Below, piece after piece: positions 23,301-35,136 of a stretch of DNA of 64,000 bases. Below the pieces are notes generated by a model. It searched no databases. It saw only the letters and a program-made list of their open reading frames with translations, and was not told the DNA's origin. How positions within the stretch are numbered: the stretch's first letter is position 1; each line of letters begins with the position of its first letter. Both the position numbers and the translations under genes were made by a program. Source of the stretch: Auanema rhodensis (Eukaryota; Animalia; Nematoda); contig OZ059894.1 of NCBI GenBank assembly GCA_964057225.1, positions 9,486,001 through 9,550,000 on the forward strand. The letters run 5' to 3'.

Positions 23301-25792
23301 GGGCTCGCTTTCGTTTTTTTTGCTTTTTGACGTTTTACTGCCTTTCCTATTGACTAAGGTCTATCTTCGTGTTACTTTATCTGAAAAATATCAATGTTCT
23401 AATCTCTGTTATAACTCGATTCATAGAAGAAACACTATTGTTTATTGAATTTTGCTCTTTGCAGCTTTTCTGATCAAGAGTTATCCAGAAAATTATGTAT
23501 TTTTTGCTCGATGCGTAAGCTTCCTAACAACAAAGATGATCGCTTGAACTGCCTTGTTTGGCTAATAGTCAAATTCAAATTTCCTTGCATCCGTTGAAAA
23601 AGGAACAACGTGGAGAACGGCAAATGCGCTTCCTTTTCACACGTTAACCATCCACATAAACCCATTATTCCACTAATCTCCCCCCTCAAAATCTGATTAT
23701 TGCCCCTAGGCAATTACCAATTGCTCGGAAGCCTTGGTATATACGCAATTCGCATTTTCCCACTAACGCCCTTATGCCATTCATATGTATGCACAAACTG
23801 AATATTTTTTTTATAGCTTTCCCTTTCTTCTGTCAAATTCTAAGTTTTCTAATTTTTTAAAAAGTAAGTTGGTTTCAATTCTACAATTAAGTTTCTTCAT
23901 ATAGTTTTGTAAAGTTTCACAAAGAAATATGCCGTGTACTGGACGCTAGGGTGTGCCGTAATAGTGGCGGCGTCTCGTTTCGGATGTAATATTCTCGAGA
24001 AGCGACTAGTTTCCGTGTTTCTTCGTCGGCCTTCAGTCACACACATAGACACTCACTCACGCACGTACACACTCGCACACATAGGTCTACACCTTTCAGC
24101 TTTCTTCTTATTAAATTCAGCTAGAATCAGGTGAATTCCGAGCTGTAACCTGCCATTATACTCCTCTTACATATCGGCCTTTCATGTTTTCCTTTTTTAG
24201 TTTTATTTGCTTTCGTCTTAATATTGTTGTATGCGCTGCTGCATGTAGTTAATGAGAATTCCAAAACCTTATTCATACTATAAAGGACATTTGAGAAGGC
24301 TTTGATCCTTGTTTACTCTACCTAGCGCTTGATTTTCCTTTCTTTCCCTCGTCACTTTCCTTGCCTCTCCTCCAATTTAGTTCGTACTAGTTACAGATCT
24401 CCCAAATCTCAAAGACTGGATATGATCGCATCATTCCTTTTCTCTTTTAAACGGAATATTTTACTTATAACGCTTATTAAAAAATAGGTTCATCCATTAT
24501 TAAATTATTATGATCATTCCCCCCTCATTATTTTGCCTTTTTTATTAGCCGAAAACACTTCTTGTAATATGCTGTAGGCAATTAATTTCCTTTTCTAACT
24601 TTATATTTATGCTATGAACACGCTCTCATATTATGAACTTTCCTTTTTGGTTTTCTGTTCAGAATGCTTATTTTGTTGACCTTTAACATTACCACAAGAA
24701 ATATTGTCAGTTATTGTGCTATCGCATTCCTAAAAAGCTTAGTTCGTCCACTTCAATCATGCTGTTTATGTGAGCTGGAAAACCTACATATATCCCTGTT
24801 TCAACTTGCGTCTTCTGTCTATTTCTTATCCCTAGAGCCTGAATTCTCTTTTCTTGTTCTTAGTTTTGCTTGTTCCGGACAGCATGTTCACTTTAAACTT
24901 TCATTTTTTTTTCTTAGGAAAAGTCTACCTCTTTACTTCACATTTTCTTCATTCCCCATCTCTATTCCAAGTTTTTGTTTTTAAACTTTGGTCGTCATTG
25001 TACATGTGATACAGGTAAGATGTGTATGTGCCTTATCACTGTTCTTGTCTTCTCGCCCATTATGTTTTCACTCCCCTAATCATTCACAGTGGTAATAGAA
25101 TTGGAGCTCTGTGCTCTTTGCTCACGTTTCCTTCAAACTATGAACTTTTCAATTATTTTTGTTCCATTTATCATTATTGAATCTTTATTTTCATTGTTTC
25201 TCGCTTCCTATTTTGCTATATCGATGTTCAATTGATATAACAAGTATCTTCTCCACCACATATTCAGTAGCATCGACAGCGGAATATGTCTGTTCTCGTT
25301 TATTTTTCAAATTTAGATCATGTGCCATTGAGAATGACCTTGACAATGATCATTCGAACTCTCTCTCTCTTTTTCTCTCCCTCTTTCTCTTTTTGCCTTT
25401 CTCTCCTTTTTTCTTTGTAAACGCAATTCTCTCTCTATCTTCTATATTCCTTTTTTAAAATTTTTATTTCTTTTAATATTCCCGTTTATACTTGAGATGT
25501 TATTAAAGCTCTCAGCTTTTGAACTTGTACTCGGTACATATTTTTATATTTTTTGTCTTTTTTATTTACTTTTCTTTCTTATCTTATTAGTTCTTATGCA
25601 TATAATAGATATATTGAGAGACACATATAGTTTTCGATGTTTTTTTCTTTCAGCGAGTTCTATTTCTCTTAAGCAATTATCAATAAAGTTTGACAACTTG
25701 TTAGAGGTAAGGTTTTCTTCTTCTCACTTCGTTAAAAAAAACTTTTGTTCTCCTCTTCTCTCTGTCTTACTCAGTGCTCTTCTGTTTCAGTA

Positions 25793-27795
25793 ATGTGGAC
25801 AGTTTCGTTAGAAGGAGGTCCTCGACGTGTGAATCATGCTGCCGTAGCCATTGGAGATAACGTGAGTTTCTATTTGCTCCTGGAATTCGTAGTTCGGAGC
25901 ATCATCTTCATCACGAACATTTTAGGTTTATTCTTTTGGTGGCTACTGTAGTGGTGAACCCATGGACGCTGACAACCCAATCGATATACATGTCCTGAAT
26001 TCAAGTAAGTTTATAAATTTCCAATTTTCGGATAACTATTTCGACGATGGTACAATAATTCTTTTCTTTTCCATAAAAGTACGTGCTTTTTAATTCAATT
26101 TTTCTTAAGGAACTTATCGATGGCGCCTTCTCAAGGCTAGAGAACCAGATTATGGAGTTCGCGCAGAAAGTTCAATGGATGGTAGTGAATTTGAGGTAAA
26201 ATAATCTTTAGTATTCTGTTTCCTATTTTCTTTGACAAGCAAGTCACGTTTTTGCTCTGACACATACATGTTATAGAACAGTCTCCATGACGAGGAAACA
26301 GGCAGTTTCCACTCAAAATCCTTCCCATATCAAAGGTAACGTGACTGATTTTGGCTCATAAACTGTTTTTTATCTTCAGATATGGTCATACTGTAGTGGT
26401 TTATAATAACAAGGCTTATTTATGGGGAGGAAGAAATGATGAGTCGGGAGCAATTAATGTTCTTCATGAATTTGATCCTGGTGTGTGACTTATGTGTCTC
26501 GATCAGTAATATTATTCTTTGGTTTCAGAAACATTGACCTGGAGAATTATTCCAGCTACTGGAAGAGTTCCACCAGCTAGAGATGGACATTCAGCGATCG
26601 TTGTTGGTGACAAGGTTTTAGCAACCTTCACCGCTTAGTTGTAATGTTATCACCTTTGCAGATGTATATGTTTGGCGGATTTGAAGAAGATGCCCAGCGA
26701 TTTAGTCAGGAAACTTACGTTTTTGACTTTAAAACATCCAATTGGAGCGAGATGAGAACTTCAGTATGTTTTTTGTTTTTTTTGTTTCTATATAGTTAGC
26801 ATTTTAAAGGGATTCCCTCCTTTGTGGCGTGATTTCCATACTGCAGTTGGAATAGGGAATATGATGTATGTATTTGGAGGTCGTAGCGATCAAATGGGAC
26901 AGGTTTATCATTACAATTCAATTAATTTAATTTTTTTACAAATATTTAGTATCATTCCACTAGAGATGTTTACTGTGATCGTTTGAAAGCTCTTGATTTA
27001 ACTACTGGCGAATGGATTGAGCCTGTGGTCAAAGGTGAAAAACCATCCGGAAGAAGAAGTCATTCTGCCTGTAAGTAATGAACTTTCGATCACTTTACTA
27101 AGTTTTTTTACATTAAAGGGGAATATAACGGAAAGATGTACATATTTGGCGGATTCCTAGGAACTAAAAACGAACATTATAACGACCTGTATTGCTATGA
27201 CCCCCAAACTTGTGCCTGGACAAAGATCAAGGTAAGCTTCTAGGTCCCATAGTGCAGACGATGTCGTGGAAATACTTTCATTTTACATAAACACTCGTAT
27301 TTAGGCCCGTGGTCTTCTTGAATCTCCAAGCCCTCGTAGAAGACAGTGCACTGTTGTTGTTGGAGATAGAGTATACTTATTCGGTGGAACTATGTAAGTG
27401 TTTTTTTGCTCTGTCCCACTAATTCGATTGCTATTTGAATGAAAATTAAATAAAAAACTTATTTTCAGGCCAGTTGCTGGACAAACTGCCGGTCTTGTTG
27501 ATTTGGCAGATTTATATGTTTATGATTACGGTGAGTTCAAATAATGTTATTGCAAATATATTGTTATTTCTTTCGTTTCCAGCTCCAAGCTTATTCAATA
27601 TTGCTGCCCAAAATGTCATTAGACGAGGTCTAAGACCTTTAGCTCAACCATACTTACCTCATGATATCAAGTAAGATTTTCATATATTTTAGAACTTATT
27701 AATATTTTTTTCTTTTCAGCCAAGAACTCCGTTTTTTGACAACTCCTAATGCAATTTCTAACCCTCCTGCAATCAGACATGATGTAGCTGGATAA
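25793..27795 (+). CDS. Kelch domain-containing protein 3 (KLHDC3) ortholog, CRL2 C-degron receptor
   Basis: MWTVSLEGGPRRVNHAAVAIGDN|VYSFGGYCSG matches the KLHDC3 N-terminus. Kelch repeats RYGHTVV, ARDGHSA, WRDFHTA, GRRSHSA, PRRRQCT. BC-box-like PSLFNIAAQNV. Ends IRHDVAG*. Confidence 0.92.
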
Positions 27796-28252
27796 ACCCC
27801 TCAGATGTATCTAATTTTACTACCTCCTGATATACCTTTTTGAGATTTTTCTATGCAAACGACAAAAAATTAATTGTGATTGTATATACGCATGTATCAT
27901 GCTAAAAACGAGTACTTTAAGTTTTTAGGAATTCTTATTGTTTGATTATTTTTTTCAAAGAACAGCATTGCTGACATCTTTTCAATTGTCGCAAAATGAG
28001 CTGTTTTGCTACATATTAGTCCATAATATTATACGGGCCTTCCGATCTATCATTTTGAAAAAGACCTACCCTTTTTGTAAGTTAGGCACTTTGTGAGATC
28101 AGTTTCTCATTAATCAATTGTTTCTTGTTGAAATGAATAAAGTTTCAATTATTATCTTCGTTTTGTTATCTTTTATTTTCATAGTTGAGCTCTTACATAA
28201 TATCGACATCAACATTATTAATTATTACATTGAAATTGCACAGAAGGATCTC

Positions 28253-29469
28253 ATGGGGTTTTACCTGGTGGCAACTTCAGCATTACTTCCTTTCTCATAC
28301 GTGGGGCTTTTGCATTTAGCTGATAGAAATGGAACAGATAGAAATAATCCTAATTCCGTGAAAAGGCGGTATGTGTTCATATACCGTTATCATCATTGCT
28401 AGTCATCCTTTAGCTGTCTCGGTGCTGTAACATGTTGCGCAATCTCTGTAGGTTTGACATACAATATTTTGAAATATATGGTATTCAATTTACTTCAATT
28501 CTTTACACCATTACACAATTGTTTGCAGAGGGTTGAAGCACCTTTAAGTTTTATGGGATTTAGATGGTCGGGAATAGTTAACGCAATAGTATATCCTACC
28601 ATACTAGTCAATCTTCTATATGCTGGTCAATGGTTGTTGTTATATCATGATGGGTACTTTAAAACTTTTTTCTGTAAGTTTATAACTCGTAAACATGTCA
28701 TATACATGCACAGCACATATACTTTATGCTAATTTACGTGTAGCATCATTTCATTTTGAACTCGGCGTTCAAGCAGATCGGTTGCATGTCAATTTTCTTT
28801 TTCGACTATAGCTCATTCATGTTTTTCAGCTTTGAAACAGTGGGTTTTGAGTTTCAAAGATGTTTGCTGGATTCGTGATGCTATTCTCGTGAGTTCTATT
28901 TGTTTGAAATAGAAAATAATGTTAACGGTTCTAGGCGCCTTTGACTGAAGAAATCACGTTCAGAGCTTGTTCTACAGCTCTACTTGCTCAGTATTTCGGG
29001 TTCACCACAACAATATTGGTTGCTCCACTATTTTTCAGTCTCAGTCACCTTCATCACATTGGCGATGACGGTCGACGAGGATACACTTTGAAAGAAGCCC
29101 TTTTACGCAGAAGTATGTTTTCAAAATTTAATTTTAAATTTGAATGAGAAGACTTCATATTCGACTGTTATAGGCTTCCAATGTTTATACACATATGTGT
29201 TCGGGCTGTACTCTAGTTATCTTTTTTTATCCACTCGGCATGTTGTAGCACCAATAATCACACACGCATTTTGTAACTCTCTGGGTTTGCCGCTTTTCTC
29301 AGAAATCGGTTTGAATTATTTTTATGTAATAATGTGAGGAATGCTGCTACTTTCAGATACGTTTCCGAAGAAGTCAACCAGGATAGCATTGTGGTCTATC
29401 TTCGTACTTGGCATGTTCGGCTTTGTTGGAGGGCTGCGCCCATTGACAAATTCTAACTTGTATCTCTAG
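28253..29469 (+). CDS. fce-2: CAAX prenyl protease 2 (Rce1/FACE-2)
   Basis: APLTEEITFRAC (EExxFR), FFSLSHLHH and HAFCNSLGLP (HxxCN) motifs, multiple TM segments, DRNNPNSVKRR N-terminal motif. Confidence 0.92.
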
Positions 29470-29763
29470 GTTTTCAACTACTCTCATATTCATAATGAGA
29501 ACTGGCTTTATACGTCATACTATCCTGACACATATTAAAAAAATTTATTTTAACTTATTATGTAAATTATTCATAAACATTTATATAAATGAGATCTTTT
29601 TTTTAAATTATTTTTTAAAATTATAAATAAAATATGATAATAAGACACTTCGTTAGAACCCCATAGGATATAGACGGCTTAGAATGATTTCAAAAAAAAT
29701 CTAAAGATAAAGGAGAAGTACTACCGAATTCTGCCAAATTTTCATATTATGTTTCTCATTAGA

Positions 29764-32700
29764 CTAGTCTGAACATTGGAAGTATGGACCAGAATCATAT
29801 GTTGTAGCTTGTCCATCAGGGAAACGTGTGTACTTAGTACCATGGTCATTCTAAAAAAATTTTAATCTTCGATGCAAATTTAGAAAAACTGCTTACCTCA
29901 TCCAGTATCCGGGTCTCTTCTTCGTCTTTTATGAAGAAACGGGTCAAATTCAGCTGTGGAACATCGTATAGAGTTGCCAAGAATAACATCATACAGCATA
30001 ATCCAACTAATAAATATACTGAAATGACAAAGATTCAGTTACAACCTGAGAGTTTCAATGCATTACCTGTTGCTCCAACTTTGTATAAACTACGAAATGG
30101 AGCATCTGGTCTATCACCAGGTTCATAATCTCCTGAAACAATACATTTTCATTAAAATATTTAAAGAAATTGATATAGAATACCTAAACCAATTGTTGTT
30201 AAAGACACAAAGCAATAGTAGAAAGCATCCAAGAAACTCCATTCCGGTTCGATACAGGTGAATATATAAGCTGGAATGACAAAAACAAAGACGAGTAGAA
30301 GAAGAGAGACTGTCAATAAGTGAAACATCTGCAAATATTTGTTAAATTTACAAAATTGTGAGGTCATATCGTACCTGAATTTGACCAGCATGGAACAAAT
30401 TGGCTAATTTGGTATTTAAGTAACCTCTAAGCCATTGAGATGGTGTCTTTAAACGTGCTACTATAGCCGATAGAAAAGCCAATGTGAGAGGAATTCCTGA
30501 AAGTTTGATTTAAAAATAATAGTTGACTTCTGAAGTTATTAATACCTATGATGCAATACACGATGGTAAACAGTTTACCATGTTCTGTACGAGGAGAAAC
30601 TCTACCATATCCTGTAAGAGAGATATCGTAATCTTCTGGATTCAACATCTAATTTCAGGAAACATACCTACAGTACTGATCAAGGTTCCTGAAAAGAAGA
30701 AAGCCTGACCAAATGACCAATTCGGATTGTTCGACATGTTCTTCTCAACCCATATCCCATTGAGTGTTGCATCGCGAATATCATCAAACAAGCGATCAAT
30801 CTCTGATTCTGAAATATAAAATCATGATAATGATAATGCTTCAAGTTTCAGAGTATTAGGATGGTTGAGGGAAAATAGTGTTGTTGTCAGAGAACTTTAG
30901 ACGGTTTCCCTTACGCGGACAATTCGTTGCCACTTTGAATCGTTCAACAGCTATCTGGAACCGATCTCTAGCTTCTATCTCATGCTGAAGTTCTGCTGAT
31001 AGAAACAGAAAAGCTCCAGCTGTTACATAAAGTATAATGACAATGATTCCCAGAAAGATTAAAGACAAATCTCCACTTCGCATCTAGAGAGAAATGACAT
31101 CATTTCAGATAGTACGCTAGAAAGAAAACAGAAAAAGAGAAATTACAAGAAGTTTCTCGAAGTTTAATCTTCAATACTTCAAATAAAAAGTTTCAATTGA
31201 ACCAAAGTAAAAGGTGAAAAAATTAAAATTAAAGATAAAATTCTATATAATCCAAAGGAAATTCATTTATAAGCTGATAAATGGAAATCAAATACTTTGA
31301 ACTTATAAACATACATAGTTCATAGATTATCTATAATTTGCAAAAAAAAGGAAATAATTATGCGTATAAATAAAAAAAATGAATATAATCAATGTCGATT
31401 TGTTTAGAATAATTAAGAATTGATTAATAGATAAGATATGAATTATATCAAAAATACACACAATAGTAGAAGATAGAGAGAGAGAGAGAGTAGAAAGAGA
31501 AAGAGGGAGGGAGGAAGAAGAGATGTTAACAAAATAATTTCTGCTCAAAATATGATTCAGATCAATAATCTTTTTTTTTGTTCTTTTCCCAAAGGCTAAA
31601 TATATAGTTTTGGTCAAAAATGATTATAGATTGACAATAGATTTTTTTCTTCCGTAACCTCTCTCTCTCTAGCTCTCTCTCTCTCTAGCTCCCTCTCTCT
31701 CTCTGTCTATCTCTCTCTCTAACTCTCTCTCCACTTGTCTTGCCTCCTGTACAGCTGATAACACCGTTCCTCCCCTCTTATTCTGACCAATTTCTTCATT
31801 TTTTTTCTCCTTTTCCAATCACAATACATATTTTCTCGCGAATTCTAAAAGTTCCATTTAGTCGAGCAATTTTTGTGCAAAATAAAGAAAATAGTGAAAA
31901 TAGCTGTTTTCGCCTAAGCGCGTTATTCCGTCTGATTGGTATATTAGCTCAGCTCCATTTTTTTTGAAACATAATACCGAGTGAAAATGGGAAAAACAAC
32001 ATTTTACATTACCAATAAATCATATATCAAATCATTATTTGCTTTAACATGAAGCTTTCTTCTCATCGACACGTAATTTCTGCTGAATAATCGCATTCTG
32101 TATGTAGTCAGCTCATCGAATCCAGCAAGATTTGTCTTTTTTTAATTTAATATCTTTCAACTTGACTATGAGCTTAATCTCAGTTATTATTTCAAAGTTA
32201 ATGAATAAGCTTTTTAGTTTTAATTTAAATATATATGAAATGTTTAATTAATGAGAAAACTACCTGGAATTCCTGCTTGAATCAATCTTTCTGTCCATTG
32301 ATCTCTATATTCTTTGTATGTTTCACGCTCAATACGCTCCAATGGATATTCCAATCTGAATATTCGTTCTTCATTCAAAACTTTGTTTATTTGCAAGTAA
32401 AAAATATGTATTTATTTCTATTTTTCATAAAAAAAATTGAAAAATACGCCTCAGGAACAAAGTTTAAAATAATTTTGAAACCCAACCGGTTAGAATGCAC
32501 CCATCCCGCTCCACCCCACGTTACGCTAATGAGAATGACGTGTAGCATACGTGGGAAAAACAGGTTGAAGTAAGTTTCAAGCTTCAAGTTTTGTATATGT
32601 GGACATACGTGTATATATATATATATGGAGAATAATGAAGAAAATTATGTTTTTTCATGGTTTAAGTTGTGAAATTTGCATTTATAACTCGAATTCACCT

Positions 32701-32885
32701 CACAAACACTACAGCTCCAATGAAGAGATAGATGAGCATAGACAGAGCTCCCACACCCAGCCGGCGATTTGATTCTCGTCCATCAAACGTGGGAAGAACC
32801 TAGAACAGAGCGAATAAGATGAAAATAATTGTGGAACGAACAAAATATTTACCTCATTGTTAACGGAAAAAATCTGTAATCCCAT
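29764..32885 (-). CDS. twk-46: Two-pore-domain K+ channel (TWIK/KCNK1-like), distal-promoter isoform
   Basis: Exons 32885-32853, 32799-32699 (M1 [13 protein letters not shown]), 32355-32264 ([11 protein letters not shown]...) join the common exon at 30808. P1 [20 protein letters not shown]2 TTIGLGD, stop 29766-29764. Symbol assigned from recalled similarity. Confidence 0.85.
30915..31083 (-). CDS. Alternative (proximal) first coding exon of the K2P channel: second M1 plus cap helix
   Basis: ctag-[59 protein letters not shown], then a phase-1 gtaagg donor compatible with the common exon at 30808. Confidence 0.8.
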
Positions 32886-33079
32886 AGTGAGTCTAAGATT
32901 TCTCTTTTGTTTGAGGTTATTGAAGTGAAAGCTAGAAGATTTATGTATATATGTGATGGATAATGTATTCTGAAAAGCTAACAAGGCAATGAGAGACATA
33001 AAGTATTTGGAATAGTTAACCATGAATAGAAACAAAAAAGTTCGATTTTAAGAGACATGAGTGTTGAACAGAGTTGGAA

Positions 33080-33124
<45 letters not shown>

Positions 33125-35058
33125 GAGAGAAAGAGAGAGAGAGAAAGAAGGGGAGAGAGATTGAAGAAATAGAAAACAAACTTTGATTTTTCTTAGAAAA
33201 TTGACCATTCATGGTAGTGTAGTGAGTAATGATGAAGTCAATAATTGAAGGCCAAAATAAATTATATTAAAGCTAACACGTTAAAATACGGATTTCCTTT
33301 GTTTTTCTTTGAAAAAAAGAAATTTTTTCTCCAAAATTCAGCATTTTCATACAATGTGAAAGCGATGGTGTAAATGAAAACTAAGGCTTGTTGAGATAAT
33401 GAAATGAAAAGGATTGTCGGAAAGCGAAGAGAAAAGAAGGAAACGATTCTTATTACATCAAATACTATTCTCAAAAGCTGTTCAACCTAATGATGCTGTT
33501 TCTAAGTAAGACAAATACATAAATATTGAGAATTCTTAAGCTGTATAAGGTTTTTTGGAAAAAAAAGTTTGTTGAGAAACTTTTTGAAACAGCATAAAAA
33601 ATAAGTTGAATAGCTTTCATGAGAAGAACAAAGAAACCAAATGAAGCTGGAACGAGAGCTATTTCGGCAATTGTATTTTCCTAAATTAGAAACACAAAAT
33701 CAAGAAATATTATATAAATATATAAATATATAAATATATATATATATAACTATATGTATATATTTTCTATTATAGTTGTGAAAAGAGAGAAGAAAAGAAG
33801 TAAAATATTCATTGTCGAAGTGCCAACTGAATTTTCTTGATAATTTATTTTTTTCGCTCGAAATGAGGTAATAATTAGCTTCTAACTTTCTAATAATATT
33901 CAATGACGCACTTCCAAGTGAAGTATTAAAATTTTGTTTTGTTTTTCTTTTCAAATATGAAGAAAATATTTAAGAAATTTGTATAAATTGACGAAAATTT
34001 AAAATCAAAATGTCAAACATGTTGGCAGCATGAGAGGGGATAAGATCTAGAATGTCAGGAAGACAACAACGCTCTTCAACTGCTTAAGCATCAATTCAAA
34101 AGCAATTTAAAAAAAAAAGTTCGAGAGTAGAATGAGCTTAAAAGATTGAATTTTTTAAACTATAAAGGAAAACTAGCTACGACGACAATATTTCCGAATA
34201 AGGTAAGCTGGTTAGCATCACAAGTTAGCCACTGAAGTTTGTGCTGTTCTCAGTTTCAGGAAGAAACATGGTTACTTCTCGCATCTTCGGATAAACTGCT
34301 CACTCATACTTTCAGTCTACTTGCTTCTCTGTTCTGTGCTTGTTCTCCATCACTCCTCCCTCTCTTTTTGTTTCTTTCTCTGTGTCTCTACTTCTCTCAC
34401 TAGTTTGCTCATTCTTTTCTCATTCACGTTTTCCTCCACCTCAACTTATTTCCAACTTCTTTATGCTCTCTGCTTCTTAATTTTTTTTCTCCAAAAGAGC
34501 AGCTAAGACATTGAATATTGAATCTGGTGCACCGGCAATTATGTATAATCGTCAAGCAGTATCCTTTGAGATGGGAAATAAATATTGTTAGCATGATTCG
34601 AAAATTATTTCCGGCAGACGTGCTGTAAATACAGCTCCCAGATTAGAAGAACAAGCACAAAAAAGAAATGAACGAATATTCCGGAATAAACTTAATGGTT
34701 AAGGGCAGACAGCATTATATCAAACCATTCCAGACGTTTTTCATTCATTCTTCTTCTTCTTTTCTTCTTCTTTTTCTTTTCTTCTTCTTGTTCTTGAATG
34801 CTTAGAGAGATACAAAGTAATGTTGTCTTGAAGAACTAAAGTGTCTTCAAAGAGAATGCATGCTAGTACTAGAATAGCTCTCTTTCATTCAAAACAGGAA
34901 ACTGAGATGCTGGAAGTATAAGGACCAAAAGGAAGAGCGTTTTGCATGAGACACGTGGCACTGGAAATGTTGCTTCATGTTAGAAGCATGCTCATCAGAG
35001 TCTAACTAAACTAAGCAGATAAAATAAAAGACTGAAACTTAGAAAGATAGATATGAAT

Positions 35059-35060
<2 letters not shown>

Positions 35061-35130
<70 letters not shown>
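35061..35130. repeat. (AG)n microsatellite, ~35 units; the longest of many CT/GA tracts (others e.g. 665-692, 16002-16027, 20036-20078, 33082-33145)
   Basis: Read directly from the sequence. Confidence 0.97.
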
Positions 35131-35136
<6 letters not shown>

